A DNA stretch of 64,000 bases, taken from NCBI RefSeq assembly GCF_009914755.1, contig NC_060947.1; one strand, given 5' to 3'. The position numbers were made by a program, and so were the translations under genes. This stretch comes from the human T2T-CHM13v2.0 reference genome, Homo sapiens. Below, in pieces: positions 38,101-51,368 of the stretch; position 1 is the stretch's first letter; each line of letters begins with the position of its first letter. The notes beneath the pieces were generated by a model. It did not search any database. It was not told where the DNA came from and worked only from the letters and a program-made list of their open reading frames with translations.

Positions 38101-40930
38101 GGTTCCTTTTAGAGTTGATTTCCAATTTTAGTCCACTGTGGTCTGAGAGAGTACCTGATATAATTTTGGTTTTCTTGAATTTATTGAGATTTGTTTTGTG
38201 GCCTATCATATTGTCTATCTTAGAGAATGTTCTATGTGCTGATGAATAGACTGTATATTCTGCACTTGTTGGGTAGAATGTTCCATATATATCCATTAAG
38301 TCCATTTGTTGTAAGGTATAGTTTAAGTCCATTTTTTCTTTTTTGACTGTCTTGATGACCCGTCTAGTGCTGTCAGTGGAGTATTGAAGTTCATCACTCT
38401 TATTGTGTTGCTGTCTATCTCATTTCTTAGGTCTAGTAGTAATTGTTTTATAAATTTGGGAGCTCCAGTGTTAGGTGCATACATACTTAGAATGGTGATA
38501 TTTTCCTGTTGGAATAGTCATTTTATCATTTTATAATGTCCCTATTTGTCTTTTTTAACTGCTGTTGCTTTAAAGTTTGTTTGATCTGATAGAAGAGTAG
38601 CTACTCTTGCTTGCTTTTGGTGTCCATTTGCATGGACCCCTCTACCTTAAGTTTATGTCAGTCCTTACGTGTTACATGAGTCTCTTGAAGACAGAAGATA
38701 CTTGGTTGGTGAATTCTTATCCATTCTGCCATTGTCTATCTTTCAAGTGGAGCATTTAGACCATTTATATTCAATATTAGTATTGAGATGTGAGGTACTA
38801 TTCTATTCATTGTGCTATTGGTTTCCTGAATACCTTGTATTTTTGTCATTGTGTTATTGTTACATAGGTCCCTTGAGATGCATGCTTTAAGGCGGTTCTA
38901 TTTTGGTGTATTTTCAGGATTTATTTCAAGATTTAGAGCTCCTTTTAGCAATTCTTGTAGCGCTGGCTTGGTAGTGGCAAATTCTCTCGGCATATGTGTG
39001 TCTGAAAAACACTGTATGTTTTCTTCATTTATGAAACTTAATTTTGCTGGATACAAAATTCTCCGCTGATAATTGTTTTGTTTAAGGAGGCTAAAAATAG
39101 GACTCCAATCCCTTCTAGATTGTAGGGTTTCTGCTGAGAAATCTGATGTTAATCTGATAGGTTTTCCTTTATAGGTTACCTGATGCTTTCGCCTCACAGC
39201 TCTTAATATTCTTTACTTTGTCTTGACTTTAGATAACCTGATTAGTATGTGCCTCAGTGATGATCCTTTTAAGATTAATTTCCCATGTGTTCTTTGAGCT
39301 TCTTATATTTGGATATTTAGATCTCCAGCGAGGCCAGGGAACTTTTCTGTGATTATTCCCTCAAATATGTTTTCCAAACTTTTAGATTCTTCTTCTTCCT
39401 CAGGAACTCCAATTATTCTTAGGCTTACATATTTAACATTGTCCCAAACTTCTTCTAGGATTGGTTCATTTTTAAAAATTCTTTTTTCTTTGTCTTTGAC
39501 AGATTGGGTTAACTCAAAACCCTTGTCTTTGAGCTCTGAAGTTCTTTCTTCTGCTTGTTTGATTCCATTGCTAAGACTTTCCAGTGCGTTTTGCAATTCT
39601 CTAAGTGTGTTCTCGATTTCCAGAAGTTGTGATTGTTTTTTATTTATGCTCTCTGTTTCATTAAATAATTTTTCTTTCATATCCTGTATCATGTTTTTGA
39701 TTTTTTTAAAGTTGGACTTCACCTTTCTCTGGTGCCTCCTTGATTAGCTTAATAATCCACCTTCTGAATTCTTTTTCTTGCAATTCAGAGATTTCATCTT
39801 GGTTTGGATCCATTGCTGGTGAGCTGGTATGATCTTTTGTGGGTGTTAAAGGACCTTGTTTTGTCATATTACCAGAATTGTTTTTCTGTTCCTCTCATTT
39901 TGGTAGACTATGTCAGAGGGAAGATCTGGGGCTCAAGGGCTGCTGATGTGGTTTTCACTCCTTTCCCCTAGGAATGGGGCTTCCTGAGAGCTCAACTGTA
40001 GTGATTATTTTTGCTCTTCTGGGTCTAGCCTCCCAGCACAGCTACTGGGCTCCAGGCTGGTACGGAGGAGTGTCTGCATAGAGTCCCGTGATATGGTTTA
40101 TACTCATGTCTTGCAGCACCTGCTCTGGTGGAGGTAGGAGGGGAGTGAAGTGGACTCTCTGAGGATCCTTGGTTGTGGTTTTGTTTAGTTTGCTGGTTTT
40201 GTGTTGGTTGACCTCCAGCCAGGAGGTGGCGCTTTCAAGATGGAATCAGCTGCAGTCCTGAAAGGAGGTTGCAAACTTGCCCTAGGGACATATGATTAAG
40301 TATTCAGGTTTCTCAGATGGTGGGCAGGGCCATAGAACTCCCAAGAGATTATGACCTTTTTCTTTGGCTATCAGGGTAGATAGAGAAAGATCACCAGGTG
40401 GGTGCAGGGATAGGTGTGTCTAAGCTCGGCCTTTCTTTGAGCAGAGTTTGCTGTGGCTGCTGTGGGGGATGGGAGTGTGGTTCCCAGTCCAATGGAGTTA
40501 AATTCCCAGGGGGATTATGGCTGCCTCTTCTGTGTTATACAGGCTACCAGGGAAGTTGGGGAAAGCTGGCAGTTACAGGCCTCATCCTGCTTCCATATAG
40601 CTTGCAGTCCTAAAGGTCAACCTTACTCCCATCATGCCCCACCAACAGCACCAAGTCTATTTCCAGGCAGCCAGTGACCAGGGCTGAGAACTTGCCCCAA
40701 ACCACAAGCCTCCCAACTAAGAAAGCAAGCAGACTCAGTTTTTTGACATGTCAGGAAGCCTGTAGAAGGGATTCAGTTCATTCAAAGGGTCTGTGGATTC
40801 TCTCAGCTTTCCTGGTATGTTCCTATGGTAGTTCTTGGATGTGGGTTCATGATGTGGGTCTCCACATGCTGCTCTGTCCATCGAGCAGGAGCTGCAAGTT
40901 GGTCCTGCCTCCTATCTGCCATCTCAATCC
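34603..40930 (-). mobile_element. Near full-length L1PB (L1PB1-like) nested in the older L1
   Basis: Minus-strand ORF1 pieces (38898-39722) and ORF2 pieces (e.g. 36677-37018 with [11 protein letters not shown], a decayed FADD motif). L1PBa 5' end CCTATCTGCCATCT. TSD CCACATTTT at 34594-34602 and 40931-40939. Confidence 0.92.
34966..35248. repeat. Compound (TG)n/(TA)n/(CA)n repeat with duplicated and inverted unique cassettes
   Basis: ATGAAT(G/A)CTAACAAAATG twice and CACATACCACATTGTGT twice, interleaved with dinucleotide runs. Confidence 0.9.
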
Positions 40931-40939
40931 CCACATTTT

Positions 40940-41209
40940 CTTTCCTGCTCATTAACTGATAGGCATTTAGGTTGAATCCATATCTTTGCAATTGTGACTT
41001 GTGTTGCAATGAATATATGTGTGCAGATGTCTTTTAGATAAAGTGACTTCTTTTCCATTGAGTAGATACTCAGTAGTAGGATTGCTGAATTGAATGGCAG
41101 ATCTAAATTTAGTTTTTTGAGAAATCTCTATACTGTTTTTCATAGAGGCTGTACTAATTTACATTCCTACCAGCAGTGTTATAAACATTCCTTTTTCAGC
41201 ATATCCATG

Positions 41210-41262
<53 letters not shown>

Positions 41263-41428
41263 TTACTTTTTAACAATGGCCCTTCTGGCTGGGTTAAATT
41301 GGTATTTCACTGTGGTTTTAATTTGCATTTCTCTGATAATTCATGATGTTGAGCATTTTTTTCTCATGGTTTTTGGCCATTTGTATATCTTCTTTTGAGA
41401 AATGTCTTCTCATGTCCTTTGCCCACTC
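40940..41428 (-). mobile_element. Host L1PB2/3-like element, part 2 (5'-truncated, ORF2 C-terminus), with (TA)n at 41212-41253
   Basis: Continues the L1 3' sequence after the TSD and ends at CATGTCCTTTGCCCAC. Confidence 0.82.
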
Positions 41429-42844
41429 CTACGAGATTGTAACAAATAAGCGTTTGTCATGGGAACAACTACTTGTATACTTAACATATATTACAGAGGC
41501 AAATATTTTAGTTCCTTATTTGCTTTCTTGCATTTGTGAGTGAGGCCCACTAAAGAAATAAAAACATTTGGTAATAATTTCCTTACCAAGTCTTACATGA
41601 AATTTTTCAAGGTGTTTGTTATATTTCAATTTAACATTTGCTAATTTTTTAGAGCTACTCTTGTTCAAAAATAAATTACTCCTAGATAAGTATTAAGTTA
41701 GCTGAAACTTATTCAAGGCAGGGATTGAAAACTGGCTTTTTGTAATTATAGATTTCAAATGTCTGGTTTTTTTTTTCCTTATGTTGGTGGCACTAGAATC
41801 TAGGTTAACCCCTCACTACTTCTGTAAGCTGGATAATAAATAATCTTTCCAGATTTTTAATACAATTCAAGCCAGGACTTTTAAAATTTTGTCTGTTTTA
41901 TTCATATGATTATCTCATGCATCTATACACTTGAGCTAACATGTTTGCTCTCAGGAAATACATTCATTATGTGTGTGTATATGTATGAATTCCTCATGAA
42001 CCTAGAAGCAGGGATATTGGTTTCTTGTTTTGAATGTTAGAACAAAAAAAGTCCATGTGATTTCTAGAGTCCTTACTTAACATAGATTGAATTTTTTGAA
42101 GTATCACTAAATGCTTGGTTTCTTACTCCAGAACTATAAAACAATCATCTAAAATTACTTATTGCCACAAAAGTTTTCATAGCATGAAGAAAATATTTTC
42201 TTCATTAAGAAGGCGATGATAATGTTGAGTCGGAAAGGAAGGTGTATTTTTGATGCATTAATCTGGTAAACTTAATATCAACTCTAAGCAGAAATAGTAT
42301 TTTAGAAGATATTAATAACATTGTGTTGCATGGCTAATGAAAGCCTTAAGATATTTCTTTGTGTTTCTGTGTATGTTGAATTAGATATTAAGTAAATTCA
42401 TAAGTGAGAATTTACCATGCTTCTCTTTTGCAATCTAGAAGGCTTTAATGGTAAGCAACACAAAATGTACTTAATCTCACTGCTCCTCCTAAAAACAAGA
42501 ATTTTAACAAAAGTATCTGAAACAGACCTGTTTTAAAGGGGAAGAACGTGCTCTTCAGCAATATAACAATGGTTCATCCTCCCATAATTTAGAGGCAGAG
42601 TCAGTGAGTTCATTTAACAATATATGGAGGAAAAAATAAAAATATATAATTTATTCTTTATTATCAATTCCTTGGTTTCCAAGTTATTGCCTCTCAATTT
42701 AATATTTACTGCCATTCAATCTTAGTTCATTAAGAATTTAAATGAGTAACAAATACCTTTAGTTAACTAAGAGATCATTTAACAAAATATTCATTAAAAA
42801 TGAATGTGTGATATGAGTGAAGCTGATCATGGCAATAATGACAA

Positions 42845-43100
42845 CAATAATAGCTAACACTTCTTGAGCATATACTATGTGTCCAAGATCATCTGAAATA
42901 CTTTGCATGCATAATTTTATTTAAAATATACACCAAATCTATGAAAAGGTATTTTATAGATTCATCTATTTATAGTTGAGGAAACTGAGGACCAGAGAGA
43001 TTAAATAACTTATCTCCATTTACCTAGCTTATTAGTGGCAAACTTGGGATTCAAGGTTAGGTCAATTTTACTCCAATATCCATGCACCAGCACTATACTA
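42845..43100 (-). mobile_element. MIR SINE, near full length
   Basis: ATAATAGCTAACAC...TGAGCA...TACTATGTG...GAGGAAACTGAGG...GGGATTCAA. Confidence 0.85.
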
Positions 43101-44759
43101 TGAACATGCATAGAAATATCTGAATCATTCCAATGTCTTTTACCTCAATTACAAAAGAAGGCATGCCTCACAGACATAAAAATCAGATATCCGAATATAT
43201 TCTTTTCCATTTGAGGGATCTTGGTTATAAAGTTGGAAGATGAATAGGAAAGCAGAAAAGAAACCACCAGGATTACATTTTGGGAATCAAGCGTATTTAA
43301 AAGTTATTGAGGGAAATTCACATCAGACTATAATCATGCTAGCTATATTGCCAGCCCAAACTGAGTTTTAGATGACAATAAAGTCGGTGAATCTAATTTG
43401 TGGTCTAAGACTGAGCATCATAATTGGAGTAAAACTTCTGAAATTGATTCCTGTGCACAACATTGTCAAGTGAACTGAAAAGCAAGTTTCACATATTCAT
43501 GATGATACACCAAGCAAGCGCGCTATTTTTAACACTCTGATCCTGTCACCATCTTTGTTCAAAGTTCTTTGCTGACTTTTTAGCTGTTAAAATTGGCAAG
43601 AAACTTAAACTGCCTATAATATTACTTTGAATCAGTTCTTCCTATTTTATCAATAGCTTTTGTTTCTACTATTAGTTAGGACTGCCATCCAGTGTTCAGT
43701 TTGATTAATAACAACTGCAACAACTTCCAAATACTGCACTTTTTAAAAATGTTGTTTAAGAGTACAGTACTTTTAACCAGCCTGCCTTATTAAGAGAGGG
43801 AATATATCACATAAATAACAATGAGAAATACCAAAGACTAAAAGATTGTCCCTAAAATCTGATAGTGCTATTTAATAATCCAGACCAGGCTGAAACGAGG
43901 ACTAAGGAAAAGGCAATGCAAATAGAGATATATGTACTTACTTACATTTTTTTGCTTCTATGTATTTGAGAACATTAGGTTTAATAACACCTCCAAAGTC
44001 TCAAATAAACTCACAACCAAGATATTACAAGACTTACAATAGAAAATAAGGAAAATATATTTTTTGGCAATTGAAAGCCCAGAGTTAGCACTTTCTTCAC
44101 TGTGTTCATTATTATTTTGAGTATAGTTGATGTAGAGAAGGAGTAGATTCAAAGATTTAGAATTACAATAAAACCTCTCAAATTCTAATTGTTGGGTTTG
44201 GAGACCTTGGATTTTTAAAAGAATGTGTTTATTATAATGCATCCTCAGAAATGGGAATGGCTTGAGATTGACAGAAGCTGCATGCAAGAAAATGTAGAAC
44301 ACTTAGAGGGAGTGTCATCCTTTAAATTTACACAAAAAAGCATCTCTTTGTGTAAGGGGATTTACCAAGATCTCATTAGGTCTTCCTCAAAGTAAATACA
44401 TCTTACATTTAAATGAGATGTTAACGAGGGTTTGAATTATCAGGCATACAAACAAAGTAGTTTACTAAACCAGAGTTTCAGATAAGCAATCATCATATAC
44501 ATGAATTTGCATTATACTTTCAAGTTCATATAACAATTTAAGTAAGTTCTTTTTGTTGCTTACAAATAGAGGCTTTGTTGTAATTAATAGATAGAACTTA
44601 TACATGATTTAAAAAATGCATCTGCTTTTGGGCTTTTTTTTTTTTTTGGTAATAGAATGAATACCTTAAACTGTTATTTTTAATTGGTTGGTCATGAACT
44701 GTAATACTGCATATTGTGTAAGTAGGTTTGAGAAAACTTTTCTGAATGACATGCAATTT

Positions 44760-44975
44760 AATATAGTAATTAAGAATACTGGCTCTGAAGTCAGACTTCC
44801 AGGGTTCAAATTCTGGGTCCTAGTCTCACTAATATTAGGTATATTTCTTCTCTGTGTTTCTGTTTATTCACTTGATATAGGAACTTTAACACAGAATATT
44901 GCTGTGACATTGAATTAATTCATAGTTCTTAAAACACTTCCTGGCATATAATAAACGATCAATCAATGTTGCTGG
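44760..44975 (+). mobile_element. MIR SINE
   Basis: GGCTCTGAAGTCAGAC...GGGTTCAAATTCTGG...CCTGGCATATAATAA. Confidence 0.8.
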
Positions 44976-45059
44976 GTATTATCTATTTATGTAGTAGAAC
45001 AAAGAATGACTTCATCCCGTGTCAGAGCATGCAGTGTCACATGTATTATAACATGAAGA

Positions 45060-45275
45060 TCACGTTAATTTGGTTTTCCTGTATATATATTATTCTATTT
45101 AACTGTGACAATATCACATATGAGGTAGTTACTACTATTATTCTCATTGTACAGATAAATAAACTGAGGTTCACAGAGATTACTTAAAAATTGCCCAAAA
45201 TCACACATAATAAAGGGTAGTGCCAGAATTTAAACCCAGAAGTTCAACTCCAGAGGTCACCCTCTTAACCGCTTC
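45060..45275 (-). mobile_element. MIR SINE
   Basis: CATTGTACAGATAAATAAACTGAGGTTCACAGAG...TTGCCCAA...TTTAAACCCAG. Confidence 0.78.
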
Positions 45276-45579
45276 GTTTTAATAATAGCTGTCATTAATA
45301 TTATCAATGTGTCCTCATACTATAAGCTGAAACATTAAATAGCCATTGTCTTGGTTGCTATTCCTCAGCCTTCTCTTAGTGACTTGACAATATGAATGAC
45401 AGTTCTATTCCGATAATGAAGGCTTAAGGAATTTCATTACATACTGTTAAAATATATATCTATCTAGGCATTTTATTAAAATAGACGATGTCAAAGCATA
45501 AAGTGTACTTCTTGGAAGTTGGCAGTGAGCTTTAGTTGAGAACTTTTACTCTAATCCAATTTATTTCATCGGCCATGAC

Positions 45580-46030
45580 TGACAGTCCTCTGAGCCCAAG
45601 CTAAGCCATCATATCCCGTGATCTGCCCGTATACATCCAGATGGCCTGAAGCAACTGAAGATCCACAAAAGAAGTGAAAATAGCCTTAACTGATGATATT
45701 CCACTATTGTGATTTATTTCTGCTGATCAATGTACTTTGTAATCTCCCCCACCCTTAAGAAGTTTCTTTGTAATCTCCCCCACCTTTAAGAAGGTTCTCT
45801 GTAATTCTCCCCACCTTTGAGAATGTACTTTGTGAGATCCACCCCCTGCCCACAAAACATTGCTCCTAACTCCACCAACTATCCCAAAACCTATAAGAAC
45901 TAATGATAATCCCACCACCCTTTGCTGACTCTCTTTTCAGACTCAGCCCGCCTGAACCCAGGTGAAATAAACAGCCTTGTTGCTCACACAAAGCTTGTTT
46001 GGTGGTTTCTTCACACGGACGTGCGTGACA
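45580..46030 (+). mobile_element. HERV-H solo LTR (LTR7B-like, type II repeat)
   Basis: TGACAGTCCTCTGAGCCCAAGCTAAGCCATCATATCCC...AAACCTATAAGAAC (TATA)...GAAATAAACAGCC (polyA)...GTGCGTGACA. Tandem CTTTGTAATCTCCCCCACCCTTAAGAAG units. 451 bp. Confidence 0.92.
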
Positions 46031-47149
46031 GAGACCACTGAATTTTCAACAAATTATTAAACCACAAAAATATTTAACTTTTTCTTCCCACCCTTAGGTG
46101 TCTTGTCCTTAGAGGTGGCTAATTGTTGTCTGAAATAGTTTTGCCAATATAGCTACAGAATTTATGTAAGCATAACACTTGTTGAAAAGAGAAATTACTC
46201 TCTAATACTCTCCCCAAAGACTCCCCTCTTTTTGTTGTCATTCACGGCTCCACCATTTTTTTAGTAACCCTAACCTGAAACCTCGGAGTCACATTACTTC
46301 TCTCTTTTTATCATCTCCTATATCGCTTTTATCATGTACTATAGTTTCTACTACCTTAAATTTTTTCATTGTATGTTTACAAAAGCTGGAGCCAAGCAGA
46401 TACATTGAAATGGAATTCAGTTGGGTCAGAAAATGTTTGCAAACATTTGGAATTCAAGGGTGTGAAATTCCAAGTGTAGTTAGAAGAAAGACTTGGTGAT
46501 ATGTAGACTTAAGGTGATTTCTTCGAGCATTTTGCATATCCTTGTATTCAATCCCTTATAAAAAGGCATAGGTTTTTGGAGTCCCATATAAAATAGAAGA
46601 ACTCACCTGCCAAATCTTGAGCTTTTTCCATATATTTCTAATATTAGTATCAGACAACAATAATCTCTGATATTTAGAATGTAAATGTTTCTGAGAGTAG
46701 TTATTCCTGTCTTCTCCTAAGAGAGGTGAGAATCAACTGGTGAGAGAGAGCCTCAAAAATTATTTTGCACAGTTTCCCCATTATTCTAGGCAGAATATAT
46801 TCCACCCATCAGGAAAATGGCTGGTTATCCTATGGTGATGGATATCTTATAGTCTTATGGGTAAGACTATACTTACACACTACAAAATCACGAGAAGCTT
46901 TCATTCTCTGTCTCCAGTTACACTCTCACTGTGTATTATTGTTTAGATTAGTGGTTTTCAAACTGTTCTGTGAGGACAAGACCAATCGGGCTCTGTAGAG
47001 GTGCTTAAGCAGTTGGGGTTGAACTTGATTTTCTTTAGGAAACATGTTACATTATTTACATTGTCCTCTTTTTTCTACATGGAAAACAAAGTATCAATTC
47101 CTTAATCATGTTATTTGTTAAGGCATTTAATTTTTCTTTGGTAATCTTA

Positions 47150-47280
47150 ATCTTCAATCATTCATTTATGCATTCAGTATAAATTTACTTGGTGTTTATC
47201 TTGCAGATTCTGTGCAAAAAAAAAACTAGGGGTACAAAAAAAATAAGATTAGAACTTGTCTTCAAAAGAACAAGGTCATA
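47150..47280 (-). mobile_element. L2 3'-end relic
   Basis: TTCAATCATTCATTTATGCATTCA...AAATTTACTTG is the antisense L2 tail. Confidence 0.55.
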
Positions 47281-47593
47281 GAAGCCAATAACCATGCTTG
47301 TTGACTCATCTCTGGAATCTTCGAAAGTTAACTAGGCATTTAATAAATGTGTTTTATTGCCATAGTATTGCCAACTAGGCAAGAGGCATGAATATTCCGT
47401 TTTGGTGGAAATTTCTTATTTACATAAATGCCCAGAAATAGGTTCTGTATTTAGTTCTCTATTTCTTTTATATATGTGTTTTTATTAAACTAATATCTAG
47501 GATAAATTATTTCTCCCTACAGATTAAATTCCTATCCTAATACATATGCTTCTAATCATAAGCTTATGTGGAAATGAGACACACTGTTCTACA

Positions 47594-47686
47594 CAGTTGC
47601 CACTCCCATATCTGTGGGTTCAGCATTCATGGATTCAATCAACCATGAATAGAAGATTTTCTAAATAAAATTGTGTCTATACTGAA
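47594..47686. mobile_element. MER2-like (TcMar-Tigger) terminal fragment
   Basis: CAGTTGCCACTCCCATATCTGTGGGTTCAGCATTCATGGATTCAATCAACC. Confidence 0.7.
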
Positions 47687-47699
47687 AAAAAATGTTTTA

Positions 47700-48310
47700 A
47701 ATGTACCCTCTTCTTTCCAGTCCCATTACAACTACTCTATTTCACGTGTTCTTTATCTCCTGGCTAACTGCATTATTGATTTAGCTTGCATGCTGGCCCT
47801 TCTGTTTGGATTCTCTGTCAATTGACTTTACCCATTATTTGTAGATTAATGAACCCAAAATGCACTTTTAAAACATTTCTTCACCATTACATGCAAAACA
47901 AAACTTTCCATGACTTCTCATATTCTTCTCAATCATTACATACTTCTAACTTTGGCATTCAAAATCTCACAGAAAAGTGGTCTTGGTGTACATTCAATAA
48001 TCGATTTCTACCAAATTGTATTACATTATATTGCTGATCATTCACCATGCTTTTTCCTCGATGTGAAATGTCCCTCTGTATTTCTACATGCCAATTGCCA
48101 ATACATCCTTCAAAATTCATTCGAAATTCAACAGCCATGAAATTTTTCTATTCCCATAACTTAATATCATTTCTCTATTTTCTGAATCTTAGTAGCATAC
48201 ATTATGTAAACAGTTTATTGCACTCATTATACTTAGTGAAATAGTCATTTCTATTTTTATCTTTATGTCCTTTTTACAAATTGTTCAGGGAATATTTGTT
48301 AAATTGAGTC
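47700..48310 (+). mobile_element. Degenerate L2 relic
   Basis: Pyrimidine-rich L2-like motifs ending AATATTTGTTAAATTGA. Confidence 0.45.
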
Positions 48311-51300
48311 AGTCTCAAACATTAGGCAAAGATCACTAACTTCTTACAAGCAGCCATTTGTACACGCTATGCAGGGAAGGTTTAGCAGCACTTGGATGTT
48401 TACTTTTAATGTGGTTATACAAACATTGACATTCATTTAAAGAATTAATATATCTTTGAAATTTATAGTCTATAATTATGGTAGATTATATCTCTGATAA
48501 TGCTGTAAGTATATATACAGATGTATGTAGATAATTTAATTATTATACATCTAGATAAACCAACCAATGCCATCTTATTTAGAACTTAGTAAAATTCTAA
48601 TATATCTGTTTTCAAAGTCTTAATTATGGCATTTCCCCCAATGAAAAAATATATGCATATTTGTACAAAAATTTGAAATGAGGTATGCAATACACTTCAC
48701 TTTATAATGGGTTGCTTTGGAAGAAAAAAGGTAAAGAGAATGACAGCAAAAAAAGGAATAAAAGCCACCATTTACTACTATGGAAAACTCTAGAAATCTA
48801 ACTGACATGTAGTATTGATCACATAAAAATTATAGGTTGTTAACTTTTATCAATAAGGTACTCTCTTCAGCTTTTAGTTGAGAATGTTTCCTGCTCAACG
48901 GATTTTTTAAATTTAATCCATGAGCTTTACCTACTAATTGTTTTTGCAGTTTGATTATAATCTGCAGAACCACCTCTGAGATTCCTTCACTGCAATGTCA
49001 ATCATCAGCCTGTCCCTAGGAGCAATAGTAGACTGAGCTTGATTGGCTTTACAAGCTGTGCCTAATTACTGGTCTCTCGTCTGAACCTTTTTCAGTTGTT
49101 ATACATTCCTGACCGAGGCCAAAGAGGCCTGAAGACATATATTTTATGTTAACTAAAAAAAAAAAAAAAAAGAAAACACTAAATTTTAATCAGAAGCAGG
49201 AATATCAATAACCATACAAAGATGATACTGCAACAATCATCATAGAAGATGTTCAGCTACAGGAATCAAAGGCTTTTTCAAGAGAAAAAGCGCTATACGA
49301 TTTAAAAAAAATACAAGACAACAAAGTTCACTAAAAATCTGTTTTAGGTTGGGATCTTAACTAGAGAGATGATTTAGTACATATATATATAACCAACATT
49401 GTGCACCTTTTTCTTAATGAAACAAGGATCTCTTTTCTCATAAAGGACTTGTGTTCCACAATGTTTTTAAATTCAAATTTGACTGCAACTCAGAAATTCA
49501 TTCATGTGGAAATATAATTCACAATTAATGTGGTGTAGTTCTATTTGTGAACCTCATTGCTCTCTCATTCTATTGAAGGATTATTTGGCTTTAATATACT
49601 CTCTCAAGAAGGTAGCTGTAAAATTAAATTAAGTCAAGCCATCTGGGACCTGTGATATAAACTGAAGAGAATAATATTCTAAGAATCTTATAATGTTCAT
49701 ATAAGTTGTTGCATAGTAAGCGACATCCTCTGGATGTGCACAGAAGTCATATGGAATATAGAAAAACAGCTATACAGTTATTTATTAAAGCTGCTACAAT
49801 TTATGAGAGAGGAGCACTCAAGAATTTTACACTATTTAAATCATTGAATTTTCTACTCGTCTACATAGTGACTTCAGATATGGTGATCAAGTTTAGAAGA
49901 TATCAAAGCAAAATAACTTATTTCAACTTAATTTATTTTGAGAAATTAACAAAAGTTAAAAAAGACAGTGCATGTAAGTGACCATGTTTTTATTAACCAA
50001 ATATATTCTTCTTGTAGGTGCGCTAATAACCTTATTTGGCTGAAAACAATGTTGCAGAATAATTGAATGTTTTATTCTATCCAAGTACATAATAAAATAA
50101 TAAAGGACTATTACTTACTCTTTTATGAAAAATACCTAATCTTTGTGTTATAAAACTTGCAGGTATATTATATCATATTTAGTTGTCTTTCTAATAAGTA
50201 GTATATGTATAAGTTTCAGATCATGAATTTGAACATGTGTATCTTTTGCACTAGAATTCTATTTGCCTGGCCAAATTCAGTGAAACATAAAATTCACTTG
50301 AGATTGGACTGATATAGTCCTTATAGTTCTGTTTAAGGAAAACATTAAATTGGGATCACCAAGTTAATCAACCACTGACAATGAAGATAAAAGTACCATA
50401 TTTATTCAATCCCAATTCAACAAAAATGTGAAACAGTATAACGAAGCTCATTTAACTCAAAACCCTCTGCATGAAATTAAAGACAAATGTACTTACATCT
50501 ATTTTGAACAGGAGACACAAATTAAATACTGCATATGATCCGTCTTTATTATCTTTGTGTTTATTTAACAAAAATTCTACCAGAATAATAGCAGATCCAC
50601 CCATGTTCCCCTAATAATCTTATCTATTTTGTCATATTTCTAATATCTACTTCACCTTGTGGTCTTACATTGAACAAATAAAAAATAGTCATGTCTTCTT
50701 TCAAATATAAAAAGCATCCCACTGGAAATGATTTGAGTTCTCCTTATAACAGGCCAACGGTCTCAAGAAATGGAGAGAAGGAGGAAAAAAATTACAAGTA
50801 GAAGAAAAAATATACGCAAAAGTACAATAGCAGAAAATTATGACATAACATGCACTCATTCATCTCTGAGCCTTTGACTGGGGCACTTTTTCTATCTGCG
50901 CCACCCTAGTTTTTATTAAACTGGAAAAGTTTTACTCATCCTTAGGTCTTAATTTGGAGGTCACTCATTGGGAAGTATTGTTCCTATCATTGGTCTTGTG
51001 GAGGTTTTGATCCCACTGTTCATGAAGACATTATCGTGCTAATGCTCTTTGCCCTAAGAAGTATAATCTATATATATTCATAATGAATATTACTGGTACT
51101 ATCAATCCATATTAAATAAAATTTGTAATGGGTAAAATTGTTATTTTTGCATGTTAAGTTTATTATTATACTAAATTTATTACAAATATGAACTAAAAAA
51201 CCTTCAAATATTGTTCATGAAAAATTAAACTTGGTATAAATAAAGACTGGAAACCACCAATGAAGGCTGATACTTCACATGGTTTAACTGGACTAGATAA

Positions 51301-51368
51301 ACAATGTATCAAGCTCTTAACATGGCTAAATGGCTATTCTTGAAATTAATTTCCTATTAAAAATTCAT

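Noticed and set aside
43958-44302. 114-aa minus-strand ORF in unique DNA
   Set aside because: Non-ATG start, AT-driven composition and no recognisable domain.
45733-45850. ~30-bp repeats resembling a CRISPR array
   Set aside because: They are head-to-tail with no unique spacers, and they are the HERV-H LTR type II repeats in eukaryotic DNA.
49706-49981. 91-aa ORF ending near a GTAAGT donor-like site
   Set aside because: TTG start, no recognisable homology and no convincing matching acceptor.
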